From positions 1,897,305-1,961,304 of the forward strand of contig NC_057751.1 in the NCBI RefSeq assembly GCF_004010195.1: 64,000 nt of DNA, read 5' to 3'. How positions within the stretch are numbered: position 1 is the first letter of the stretch; each line of letters begins with the position of its first letter. The translations under genes and the position numbers were made by a program. Below are positions 1-11,892 of this stretch, piece by piece. The notes beneath the pieces are model-generated. The model did not search any database, was not told where the DNA came from, and worked only from the letters and a program-made list of their open reading frames with translations. Source of the DNA: Chiloscyllium plagiosum. Taxonomy: Eukaryota.

Positions 1-1427
1 GATGGGATTTATCCGAGGATTCTCTGGGAAGCGAGGGAGGAGATAGCAGAGCCTTAGGGTTTGATATTTGAGTCGTCATTGTCTACAGGTTTAGTAGCAG
101 AGCATTGGAGGATTGCAAATGTGCCCTTGTTCAGGAAGGGCAGTAGAGATGACTCAGGTAATTATAGATCAGTGAGCCTTATTTTTGTTGTAGGAAAGGT
201 TTTGGAAAGAATTATAAGAGATAGGATTTATAATCATCTAGCAAGCAATAATTTGATTTCAGATAGTCAACATGTTTTTGTCAAGGTCGTGTCTCACAAA
301 CCTTATTGAGTTTTTTGAGAAGGTGACCAAGCATGTAGATGAGGGTAGGGCAGTTGATGTGGTATACATGGACTTCAGTAAAGCCTCTGATAAGATTCTA
401 CATGGTAGGCTGTTGGATAAAATGCAGAGGCATGGAATTGAGGGTGATTTAGCAGTTTGGATTAGAAACTTGCTTTCTGAAAGAAGGCAGCGAGTGGTGT
501 TGATGGAAAATATTCAGTCTGGAGTCTGATTACTAGTGGTGTGCCACAAGGATCTGTTTTGGGACCACAGCTGTTCATTATTTTTATAAATGACTTAGAC
601 GCAGGCATAGGTGGATGGGTTAGTAAGTTTGCAGATGACACTAAAGTCAGTGGAGTAGTGGACAGTTTGGAAGAATATTACTGGTTGCAGGAGGACTTGG
701 ATAATCTGCAGAATTGGGTTGAGAGGTGGCAAATGGAGCTCAATGCAGCTAAATGTGAGGTGATGCACTTTGGGAAGAATAGCAGGTAGGCAGAATACTG
801 GGTCAATGGAAAGATTCTTGGTAGTGTGGATGTGCAAAGGGATCTTGGAGTCCATGTGCATAGATCCCTGTAAGTTGCCACCCGAGCCGGGAATATCATG
901 TTGCAACTAGTGCTGCCACACTAGGAATATTGTGTACAGCTCTGGTCACCCCATTACAGGAAGGATGTAGAAGCATTGGAAAAGGTGCAGAGGAGATTTA
1001 CCAGGATGTTGCCTGGTCTGGAGGGAAGGTCTTATGAGGAAAGGCTGAAAGACTTGGGTCTGTTCTCATTGGAAAGAAGAAGGTTAAGAGGGGATTTGCT
1101 AGACACATACAAGATGATCAGAGGATTAGGTAGGGTAGACAGTAGAAGTCTTTTTCCTAGAATGATGATGTCAGCTTGTAATTTGCAAAACTACAAATTG
1201 AGTGGTGATAGATTTAAGACAGATGTCAGAGACAGGTTGTTTACTCAGAGAGTGGTAAGGGCATGGAATGCCTTACCTGCCTTTAGGGGCATTTAAACAA
1301 TCCTTGGATAAGCACATGGATGATAATGGGATAGTGTAGGGAGATGAGCTGAGAATAGTTCACAGGTCGGCGCAACATTGAGGGCTGAAGGGCCTGTTCT
1401 GCGCTGTATTTCTGTTTTATGTTCTAA
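1..1427 (+). mobile_element. CR1/HER1-type LINE, 3' half (RT domain to 3' tail), frameshifted; cut by window start
   Basis: ORF fragments carry CR1 RT motifs ([62 protein letters not shown]); ends in TTCTG/TTATGTTCTA tail. Confidence 0.95.
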
Positions 1428-1619
1428 AACTCCATTTCATGCACAAAGGTGGATAATTCCAAAACTGCAGGGTGTACATGTGGGGTTCTACACCACAATA
1501 CTTTGCAATGCAAATTCTTGGAAACCAGATGGAAATGATGTGCATTTGAAAGGTTTTGTGGGTCTTGTTTTCTGAAAAGTTGAATTAACTCTGCACATTC
1601 CCCGATGAGCCTTCTCACT

Positions 1620-1852
1620 ATATAGGACTGAAGTTAGGGGTAGGTTTTTCACTCAGCGAGTTGTAAGTTCATGGAATGCCCTGCCAGTAGCAGTGGTGGA
1701 CTCTCCCTCTTTATGGGCATTTAAGCGGGCATTGGATAGGTATATGGAGGATAGTGGGTTAGTATAGGTTAAGTGGGCTTGGATCGGCGCAACATCGAGG
1801 GCCAAAGGGCCTGTACTGCGCTGTATTGTTCTATGTTCTATGTTCTATGTTC
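1620..1852 (+). mobile_element. 5'-truncated CR1 LINE 3' end
   Basis: FFTQRVVSSWNALP coding remnant, CR1 3' UTR, (TTCTATG)n tail. Confidence 0.9.
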
Positions 1853-2314
1853 CTCAATGAGATTATCTTTGCTGTGAGTAATGAACTATTTTCTTAGATG
1901 TCTGTCATTGTTCCTCACCCATCTTCGCTGCTGACCTCCTTTCCCAGTCCACTCCAGTCAAGTCTGCCCACAATGTTTTGTTGTTATCCTTACATTGGCA
2001 TAGCACAGTTGTTTCTGACCTAAATCTCTCTCTCTCAAACTGAATGTTAAATTTCACCGTGTCATCGTCACTGTTTCCAAAGGGAACTTTACTTGACATC
2101 ATTTGTTAAACCTGTCTTGTGACACTTCATGAAACCGGAATCATGATCCCTGGGTGGATCCACAACATGGGACCAGGGTATCTTCATTTGAACACATAGA
2201 TTATTGCTTTTGAACTATCCAGGCTGATGGACATGGTCAATGTTCAAGGTGAGGTGAGGTGAGGATGAGAAGAGACAAAATCACTTGGAAACACTCAAAA
2301 ATAGATCAACATAT

Positions 2315-2570
2315 TCATTCATTCTCAAGTTGTGATTGTGGTAAGGCCAACTTTATTGCCCTTGAAAACACTGGTGATGAGCTGCTTTCTTCACCATCTG
2401 CATTTTGAATGCCATAAAAACACCCACAATGCTGTTAGGAAGAGAGTTCCAGGATGTTGACACAGTAACAGTCAAGGAATAATGATGTCGCCCCAAATCA
2501 GTGTCGTGTGTGGTTTGGAGACAAACTTGCAAGTGGTGGTGTTCCTATGTAACTTCTGCCCTTGCCCTTC
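2315..2570 (-). mobile_element. Old LINE 3'-end remnant
   Basis: Similar to 19640-19900 and the reverse complement of 27960-28215; strongly decayed. Confidence 0.5.
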
Positions 2571-3656
2571 AGAATATTCAAAGTCATGTGTGAGAATACT
2601 GATGTTGTCAAAATAGAACACACTGTAGTAATTAGTGGGGGAAGCAAGATGGAGCACCATTCAAACAAATCACTTTGTCTTGGATTATTAATGTGATAAG
2701 TATTTCTGTTCAATGCTTTATCCATGATAAGCTGGAAATAGGAACTGAATCTTTCAGGACAACTGTGCTTTAATTGTCACTAATTTTAATCATTCTCTGA
2801 AGAATGTACATTATCTGACAATCTCAAGTGTTGATATTAAACTCCGGAGTTCATTAATCTCTTACAGTTTAAGAGTATCTCTTGATGAAAATCTGAAGCA
2901 CTGTGGCAATGTGAGACATGTTGAAAGATTTTTATTATTTCTGTGGCAGTTTTATCATCTGAGGAGGCTTTTTCTTTATTCTGTAGTAACACACTTATGA
3001 CCTCCTCTGCGATAAAACAAAAAATCCACAGGATTTATACTGACAATATTGCAGCATCTCATGCAATCTTGGAAAGCAAATGGTAAATCTGATACAATTG
3101 TGGAAGAAGTGTTAAAAAATAACTCAGGGGTTTTGAGAGGGAGAGCAATGCTTTACCATGAACCAGCTAATCAAATAGCAGTCAGAATGTCTTCAGTCCT
3201 CTCATTACACCTGAGATTTTAAATTCACATTTCCAATCCTTGTGATTGCTCCTTCATGGCTCTGTCTTTGCTGCAGTGACATTGACTTGTGATTGTCACA
3301 AGGCCTCATTTATCATAGCAAAACAGTAATCAATGTGTCCTTTTCGATGGAAAAGATCAGCTCTTGCAGCTCGTCACTGCAGTGACACTGTGTGGTTTGG
3401 GTTTGCATGTGGTCACACTGGTGGGGGCAGGGAAGAGGTCGGGGGGGGGGTTTCATTCAGTTTCTCCATCGAGTTCCATCATTGGCTAATCTGAACCTTA
3501 CCTATCGACCTGCCTTGGTTCGCTTTCTCAACGTCTGTCTTTATGGTAGAAGTCATGAAAAAAACTTCCCAAAGGTAAATGAAAATCAAGACATGTTTCT
3601 CAACAACCAACTTCATCAGAAGAAAGGTGCGAGGAAAACTATTGGACCGAAATAGA

Positions 3657-3735
3657 TCAAAGAACAAAGAAAAATTAAAGCACAAAAACAGGCCCTTCGG
3701 CTCTCCAAGCCTGTACTAAACCTGCTGCCTATCCC
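3657..3735 (-). mobile_element. CR1 3' tail fragment
   Basis: CAAAGAACAAAGAA tail followed by ACAGGCCCTTCGGC, the reverse complement of the CR1 3' terminal motif. Confidence 0.7.
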
Positions 3736-3745
3736 TCCCTCGGCC

Positions 3746-4550
3746 AAAGTGAGGACTGCAGATGCTGGAAACCAGAGTTTAGATCAGAGTGGTGCTGGAA
3801 AAGCACAGCAGTTCAGGTAGCATCCCAAGAGCAGGAAAATTGATGTTTCGGGCAAAAGCCCTTCATTCCTTCATCTTGACCGTTCTATTCACCCATACCT
3901 CCCCCCTCACCTCTGTCTAAGGCCCCAGAGGATCCTTCTACATGTGTGAGAAAATACCTGGGCCTCCATAATGTCATCTACTGTATCCGTTGCACCCGAT
4001 GTGGTCTCCTCTACGTCGGCGAGACAGAACACCAACTTGCAGACCATTTCAGAGACTATCTCTGGGACACCTGCACCCACCAACCCCAATGAACACTTCA
4101 ACTCCTCCTCCCACTCCACAAGGAAATGCAGATCCTGGGCCTTCTCCATTGCCAAACCCTTACCACCCGACGCCTGGAGGAAATACGCCTCATATTCCAC
4201 CTTGGTACCCTGCAACCATATGGGATCAATGTAGATTTCACCAGTTTCCTCATTTTCCCTCCCCCCACATTATCCCAGTCCCAAGCCTCAATTCAATAAC
4301 CGCTATCCTGACATGTACATCACCTTTCCCATCCGTCCGCTCCACCCTCCTCTCCAACCTATCACCTTGTACCCCACCTTCATCTACCTATTGCATATTC
4401 AGCTACCTTCCCCAAATCTGGCCCCTCCCATTTATCTCTCAGACCCCGGCCCACAAGCCTCATTCCTGATGAAGGGCTGATGCCCGACACATTGATTCTC
4501 CTGCTCCTCGGATGCTGCCTGACCTGCTGTGCTTTTCCAGCACCACACTC
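3746..4550 (+). mobile_element. Penelope-like element fragment with inverted termini and GIY-YIG remnant
   Basis: 3746-3870 is the reverse complement of ~4470-4550; 3970-4030 reads NVIYCIRCTRCGLLYVGET (PLE GIY-YIG); degraded hammerhead at 4462-4497. Confidence 0.85.
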
Positions 4551-4655
4551 TCCACACTATCCACCTGCATTGCCATCTTCAGGGTACAATGGACCTGAAC
4601 ACCCAGATCTCTCTGCACATCAATTTTCCCCAGGGCTTTTCCATTTACCATATAG
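4551..4655 (-). mobile_element. CR1 internal fragment
   Basis: Minus-strand VNGKALGKIDVQRDLGVQVH. Confidence 0.75.
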
Positions 4656-4659
4656 ACAA

Positions 4660-5910
4660 GTCACCTGAACTGGATGTCCTGCATCCTGTGGTTTTAAAAG
4701 AAGTGGCAACAGAGACATAATCTTCCACATCTCCTCAAATTTCCAAGTGTAGCAGGAGATTGGAAAGTCAAAAGTCTAACAGCTTTATTCAAAAAAGGAG
4801 GAAAGCAGAAAGCAGGAGACCATAGGCTGGCTAGCTAAAGATCTGTCATAGGAAAGGCACGAGAATCCATTATTCAGGAAGTTATAGCAGGAGACTACAA
4901 AAATTGCAATGTGAACAGACTGAGCTAACATTAAGTTGTGAAAGGGAGATCATGTTCAACTAATTTATTTTTGTTGTTAGCGGAAGCAAGGTTCACACTG
5001 GACAGTGGGAAACTCGCAGATGTGGTGTCATTGGATTTCCAAAAGGCATTTGACAAGATGTTCCATCAAAAATGGCTGGAGAAGCTAACAGCACATGGTT
5101 AGGAGATAACATATTAGAATGGATAAAGGTTTGAGTAATTAACTGAAAAGGTTGGAAAGACACACTGGACTTTTTGGGTTGGCATGCTGTGTTTAACAGT
5201 GCGTCACAGGGGTCGGTGATGGGTCCTCAACTATTTACAATATATATCAATGATTTACATGAGGGAACCTAATATGTGGTTACTAAATTTGTTGATGACA
5301 CCAAAATAGGAAGGAATGTAAGTTGTCAAGATGAGGGAGAGAGGCTGCCAGGGGACATAAACTGGTTAACTGAGTGTGGAAACAGAGAGTAGATGGAGTA
5401 TTTTGTCTGAAAATATCAAGCTATCTGTTTTGGTAGGAACAATCGAAAAGCAGTTTGTTATTTAAATGGAAAAGATTGCAGGACTCAGCAGAGTGAGGGA
5501 TCTGCATGTCCTGATACGTAAGTCACAGAAAGTTAATCTGCAGATACAGCAAGTGATTGGGACACAAAATGGAATATTGTTGTTCATTGCAAAGAGAACT
5601 GAAAAGAAAAATTGGGAAGTTTTACTGCAACTGCAAAGAGTGTTGGTAAAGCCACCTCTGGAGGAATGCATACAGTTTGGTTTCCTTATTTGAAAAAGGC
5701 TATAATTGCTTCAGAAGTAGTTCAGAGAAGGTCAACTCAATTTATTCCTGCAATGAAGTGCTTATCTTCTGAAGAAAGTCGAACAGGTAACAGATATATT
5801 CAACAGAATTGCTAAAAATGAAAGGAGTCTTTTTGAAATATGTAAAGTCTTGAATGGACTCGATTGGCTGGAAAATAGGAGGATATTTGCAACTAGGAAC
5901 ATATTTTAAG
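4660..5910 (+). mobile_element. Old CR1 LINE RT region, heavily decayed
   Basis: Remnants of HPVVLKEVA, LDFQKAFDK, SQGSVMGP, KFVDDTKIG, EVLLQL. Confidence 0.85.
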
Positions 5911-5944
5911 AATAAGAGGCCTCCTTGTGAGACAAATAAGACCA

Positions 5945-7030
5945 ACAGCCAAAGAAGCTGAATTAAACCATTTGACCCATGAGTCTGGTCTGGCATTCGA
6001 TTATGGCTGATATGTTTCTCAATCCCATTCTCCCCATAACCCTTGATTCCCTTACTCATCAAGAACTCTGTCTTAAATATAGCCACTGGCTTGGCCTCAC
6101 AGCATTCTGCAGCAATGAGTTCTCTACCTTCATCACCTAATGGGGCTGAAGACATTCCTCCTCATCTCAGTTCTGAAAGTCATCCCTTCACTCTGAGGCT
6201 GTGCTCCTGAACTCTAGTCTCTCTTATTAGTGAAACATCCTTTCCATGACCACTCTATCCAGGCCTCTCAGTATCCTATAAGTTTCAAAGGTATCCCCTC
6301 CCATTCTTCTAAACTCAATGAGTAGAGACCCAGGCCACTCCTCATATGGAAAGCCCTTCATCCCCAGGATCATTTGTGCAAACCTCCTCTACAACCCATT
6401 GAAGACCAGTACATCCTTCCTTCGATACGGGACCCAAAACTGCTCACAATATTCCAAATGCTGTCAGAGAAGAGCCTTATACAGCCTCAGTTGCACCTCC
6501 TATCTTGTATTCTATCCTTCTCAAAATGAATGCCAATGTTTCATTTGCCTTCCTAACTGCCCATGGAACCTGTATGTTACCCTTAAGAAAACTCGGAACC
6601 AGGATTCCTAAGTCCCTTTCTGCTTCAGATTTCTGAGACCTTTCTCCATTTAGAAAATTGTCTGCACCTCTCTTCTCCTAACTGTAATACATAACCTCAT
6701 ACTTTTCCAGTTATATTCCATCTGCTACTTCTTTGCCCTCTCTCCTGGCTTGTACATGGTCTTCTGTCGTCTCCCAATCTCTTCAACATTACCTGTCCCT
6801 CCAATCATTTTTTATTATCTGCAAACTTAGTAAGAATGCCATCAGTTTCTTTGTCCAAATCATTAACATATAATGTGAATAATAGTGGTCCCAGCACTGA
6901 CCCCTGCAGAACTCCACTAGACACTAGCTGCCACCATGAAAAAGACCCCTTCATTAGCACTCTCCACCTTCTGCCAGTCAGCCAATCCTCCATCCATATC
7001 ACTGCCTTGACCCTAATACCAGACATTCTT
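5945..7030 (-). mobile_element. CR1 LINE 3' portion
   Basis: Minus-strand SGVLQGSVLGPLLFTLYVNDLD...KFAD and CR1 3' UTR at the left end. Confidence 0.85.
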
Positions 7031-8125
7031 GGTGATAGGAAGATAATGTTATTTTGTTTTATCTCAGAGGGTTGATCAAATATGGAATTCTCTTCCTCTA
7101 AGTTAGTGGAAGCTTGGTCAGTGAACTTATTCAAGGATGAATTCAACAGATTATTGACAAACAAAACAGTCAACAGTTACAGAGGGCAAAAAGGAAAGTA
7201 GAGTTGAGATGACAACCATGAACAGTGGGGTGAAGGCTGAGTGGCCCGTTCCTGTTTTGATGTTCCGCGCGCATATACCTATCAATCTCAGTTTTGAATT
7301 TTTGAATGATCCTGGCTCTCAACAGCTTTTGTTTTGGTGTGGGAGATTTAATGGTTTTCATTCACCTTTGCATGATAACAGCTTTGAGGCCTCACCCCTG
7401 AGCGGTCTCGCTCTAATTTTGTTATGTTGCACTGTTCCAGAATTGCTCTTCTCAATGAAATCATTTCGCTGTGTTCTCCTGATTAAATTCCTTAATCATC
7501 TTCCACACCTCAATTAGTTCACCCCTTGATCTTCTGCAGTCAAGGAAAAACAAACTGAGTGTGTGCAGCCTGCTGTTCGAATATAACCCTTTCAGCACAG
7601 TAACAAACAGCTGAATCTGTGCTGCACACACTCCAAAACCAATATATTATTCCTGAGATGTAGTGCACAGAGCAGAATGCAGCTACTCCAATGGATTCTT
7701 AAGATTCACAAAGGAACTGTGACAGCAACTGGAAAGGAACACTGGCAATTGATGATTTGCCTTTACAGTTGCTGAGAGCCAGTCCAGTCTTTCTGATCAG
7801 ATGGTCTTCACAATCCTAAGCAGGGACACTAGTACCACTGAACCAAGGCTTTTGGTTTACTGAGACAGATGGCACAAAGCCAGTGCTGTTGCTATGTGTG
7901 CTGCCATAAGGCACCAAATGAGGAAAGACTGACCCACCAATTGTATGAATAATACTAACGTGGTCACAATCAGCCAATTATTGTGAAGCAGAGGCCTTGT
8001 ATCCTGTTATTAGCATCCCATGCATCTTTTGGTGTCCTTTCTTCAGGCAGTCAGTCAGTAAAACCAATTTTGGACTGCAATACTCACAGGAGGTAAACAC
8101 TGTTTCCCCCTGCAGGGTGCACGGT

Positions 8126-8228
8126 TTAATCTCAGTCCTACACATTAGAACCTCACTCCTAAGCACGATAACCTTATTCCTACACAGTGTAACTTCACTC
8201 CTGCACAATATAACCTCAGTCCTACAGG
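8126..8228. repeat. Degenerate ~21-bp minisatellite, about 5 units
   Basis: Unit ~TAACCTCACTCCTACACAGTG repeated head to tail. Confidence 0.7.
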
Positions 8229-8365
8229 GAGAAAGTGAGGTCTGCAGATGCTGGAGATCAGAGCTGAAAATGTGTTGCTGGAAAAGCGCAGCAGGTCAGG
8301 CAGCATCCAAGGAACAGGGGAATCGACGTTTCGGGCATAAGCCCTTCTTCAGGAATGAGGAAAGT
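8229..8365 (-). mobile_element. Penelope-like terminal repeat, single young copy
   Basis: Nearly identical to 20197-20288 and the reverse complement of 20286-20405; contains a hammerhead core. Confidence 0.85.
8321..8356 (-). ncRNA. Minimal type-I hammerhead ribozyme motif (PLE-associated)
   Basis: Minus strand: AUUC-CUGAAGA-A-GGGC(UUAU)GCCC-GAAA-CGUC-GAUU; full core, 4-bp stem II, palindromic ACGU stem III, GUC triplet, weak stem I. Confidence 0.75.
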
Positions 8366-8377
8366 GTGCTCAGAGGG

Positions 8378-9030
8378 AGGTCATGCTGAACAAATTTGTA
8401 ATATGATCAAGCATGTAGATAAGGCAAGTTCAGTTGATGTGGTTAATATGGATTTTAGCAAAGCTTTTGTCAAGGCCCCACATGGGAAATTGACTGAGAA
8501 GGTTAAAGTTGACAGAGCATGTCAGTAGGATAGTCAAGAAGACATATGGGACACTTGCTTTCATCAGTCGTGGCACAGAGTAGAAGACCAAGGAAGTAAT
8601 GTTGAAGTGATACAAAGAACTGGTTCAGCAGCAGCTGGAGTAGTGTATGAAGTTTTGGTCACCCTGCGACAGGAAGGATGTCACAGCAATCGTGGGAGTA
8701 CAGAGGAGATTCACCAGGTTGTTGCCTGGGACGGACAGAGTAGATAGGCTTGGATTGTTTTCTTTAAAGCAGCGAAGACTGAGTGGGGACATGACTGAGG
8801 TGTATAAGATTATGAAGGATATGGACAGGGTGGATAGGGAGCAGTTGTTCCCCATGGTTGAGGGTCAATCACGAGGGGGCATAGTTTTAGGTTAAGGTAT
8901 TATTAAAGGTGTCAAAGCAGACATTTGATAAGGTGCCATATCAACACTAATTGCAGGAAGGGAAGGCTCATGGTGTGGTGGGTAAATACATGTACAGAAA
9001 GAAAATTGGTATGCTAACAGGAAACAGATG
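8378..9030 (+). mobile_element. Patchwork of CR1 RT fragments with internal deletions
   Basis: VDVVNMDFSKAF, FWSP, VQRRFTRLLPG and RRLSGDMTEVYKIM occur within ~500 bp. Confidence 0.75.
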
Positions 9031-9305
9031 CTGTCATTCTCCTTGTCCCTGAATGATGTGCGAGATGGTGAATCAGTTGGGAAAATATGGTGAGATTGGA
9101 AAAATCACTTTCTTGACATTGTGGAAACTAGTCTAATTTTCTACCCAAGATTTGAATGGTGAGGCCCACTCGCGTGTATCAGCACCTCATCTCCAAATAC
9201 TATCACTCATTTATATGTACTTATCTATTCTTCCAACAGGCAGAGCGAAAAGTAGCATCAAGGAAGAATGACAATTTCAAACATGAAAGCCAGAGCGTGT
9301 ACTTC

Positions 9306-9555
9306 AGAACATAAGACATAGGAGCAGAAGGAGATGATTCTGCTATTGAGTCTGCTCTGCCATTCAATGAGATCATGGCTGATTCAAATCCATTTTCCTG
9401 CCTTATTCCCGTATCCCTTGGTTCTCTTACTGAGCACAAATCTGTCTGTTTCAGCCTTAAACAGAGTTAATAATCGAAACATGACAGCCCTTTGTAGTAA
9501 AGAATTCTGAAGATTCACGAGTACTTCGAGAGAAGAAATTTGTCCTCATTCATGA
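9306..9555 (-). mobile_element. CR1 3' tail
   Basis: AGAACATAAGACATAGGAGCAGAAG tail plus 3' UTR similar to 5945-6170. Confidence 0.7.
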
Positions 9556-10496
9556 GAAAGATGTGAAAGGTTATTGGTGGTTGACAAGAATGTGAAAGTA
9601 AGGTTACAATCTGAGGAGTCACAATCTTATTGAACAACGGAGCGGGTTGAGCGCTTTGTGGCACTCACCTGCTCCGAATGTGTATTATATGTCTTCAGTC
9701 CCACACAGAATTAATTATAAATCTTTGCACTGATGCATTACACCGTTACTAATCACTGGTCAAGACATGGAAAATAACTTACTGTCTCTTTGGGTCAAAA
9801 CAATTTTGTTCAGAACACAGGGCCATTTAAAAAAGTGGGTCAGTGGTTGGTGGGGTAATGGGAATATTAACAGTGAAGTCCAATTTATTTATTCCTATGG
9901 AAGTCTGGATTAAAAATTTGTTTTAGTTTGTATATTCTGGTGGTATGAGCGTCGCTGGCCAGGCCAGAAGTTATTGCCAATCCCTAATTCAGTTATGTAA
10001 AAATTTTAATTTGCAAAATGCTGTATGAAACAGTTTTGTGCCTCATCAATGGAAGTATGAAACAACATAATGGGAACTAACACAAGCATGCAAAACATTC
10101 CGCTATTAATAGAACAAGCTAATGACAATGTGTATCGGAGTGATAATAGAATGCAAGTGAGTACATGGAAGAACAGAACGCATCCTGATTAAATAGTCAT
10201 TATAGAGAAAAATTGCTTTGAGCTATGTTGTCTCAATTACATGTATATGAATTATACTTCACATTATGGAGTACCTGCTATTAAATGCTGCCATATATTT
10301 AAAAATACTTCACTATCACTGCCAACACAGAAGGTTCAGAACAAGGTGCCTCAAAGTAAACGACTCTCACACCACCCAAAATCTTGGCTTCTCGAGCTAT
10401 GTTTATAAAAGCAGGCCGAAGTCCAAAAACATTTCAACGTGGCACTCTTTCACTCAAGAGTTCTACTGGGAAGAGCCATCATTATGAACAGAAGAA

Positions 10497-11892
10497 AAAG
10501 GGTCTGGATGCAGGTTTGCTCGCTGAGCTGGAAGGTTCATTTTCGGATGTTCCGTCACCATACTATGTAACATCATCAGTGAGCCTCCGGATGAAGCATT
10601 GGTGATATAGCCCACTTTCTATTTATGTGTTTAGGTTTCCTTGGGTGTGTGATGTCATTTCCTGTGGTTATGTCATTTCCTGTTCCTTTTCTCAGGAGGT
10701 GGCAAATGGGATCCAAGTAAATATGTTTGTTGATAGAGTTCCGGTTGGAATGCCATGCTTCGAGGAATTCTTGTGCGTGTCTCTGTTTGGTTTGTCCGTG
10801 GATGGATGTCCCGGTCCCAGTCGAAGTGGTGTCCTTCCTCATCTGTATGTAAGGATACTAGTGAGAGGGGACCATGTTTTTTTGTGGCTAGTTGATGTTC
10901 ATAAATTTTGTGGCTAGTTTTCTGACTGTTTGTCCAATGTAGTGTTTGTTACAGTTCTTGCAAGGTTTTTTTTATCATTTACAAAATACCATGCAAGAAC
11001 TCCAGCAATCACTGCAACATCCACAACTAAAGCTGCATCAGAACATTATACTAATGAGCCACCACACACTGCAGCACAGAGGAACTACGCAGAGCAGAGG
11101 AAAATTATCTATCCAGTGTATTCAAAAAGAACAGGTACTCAATGAACACAGTCCACAGATTTCTCAGCAACAAACCCAAACAAGCAGACAAAACGCTTCT
11201 AGAAACCCTAGCTATTCTCCCCGACATCAAAGACATCTCAGAAATGATTGCCAGACTACTCAGACCCCTTGGCATCATGGGAGCCCACACACCCACCAAC
11301 ACACTAAAACAGCAGCCAATGAACTTGAAAGACCCTATGCAGACAACAAGCAAAGCTAACGTCACTTACAAAATACCATGCAAGGACTGTAACAAATGCT
11401 ACATTGGACAAACAGGCAGAAAACTAGCCGCCAGGATACACGAACATCAACTAGCCATAAAAAGACATGACTCTCTCTCACTAGTATCCTTAAATACGGA
11501 TGAGGAAGGACACCACTTCGACTGGGACAACATATCCATCCTAGGACAAGCCAAACAGAGACACGCACGAGAATTCCTAGAAGCATGATATTCCAACCAG
11601 AACTCTATCAACAAACACATTGACTTGGATCCCATTTACCACTCCTTGAGAAAAAGAACTTGAAATGATATCACCTTAGGAAATGACATCACCACAGGAA
11701 GCGACATCACCAACCCAAAGAAACCCAAACACATAAATAGAAAGCAGGAATCATCAGTAGTGCTTTGTCTGGAGGCTCACTGAAGATGTTACGAAGTATG
11801 GTGATGAAATATCTGAAAATGAAGATTCCAGCTCAGCGAGCAAACCTACATCCAGAACCTCAACTTGAGCTACAAATATTTTCAAAACTCAC
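10497..11892 (+). mobile_element. Penelope-like retroelement, 5'-truncated, with upstream inverted copy of its 3' end
   Basis: 11142-11588 encodes linker plus GIY-YIG (NVTYKIPCKDCNKCYIGQTGRKLAARIHEH...FDWDN...REFLEA); 10497-10965 is an inverted copy of ~11375-11860. Confidence 0.92.
11777..11816 (+). ncRNA. Minimal type-I hammerhead ribozyme motif
   Basis: UCA-CUGAAGA-U-GUUAC(GAAGUAUG)GUGAU-GAAA-UAUC-UGA; stem I UCA/UGA; the inverted copy at 10543-10582 has GAAA changed to GGAA. Confidence 0.65.

Noticed and set aside
61..1296. Multiple RT-like ORFs (also 14027-15408, 44562-45524, 57103-58071, 59058-60418) as host genes
   Set aside because: Frameshifted, stop-containing CR1 fragments without intact ORF2
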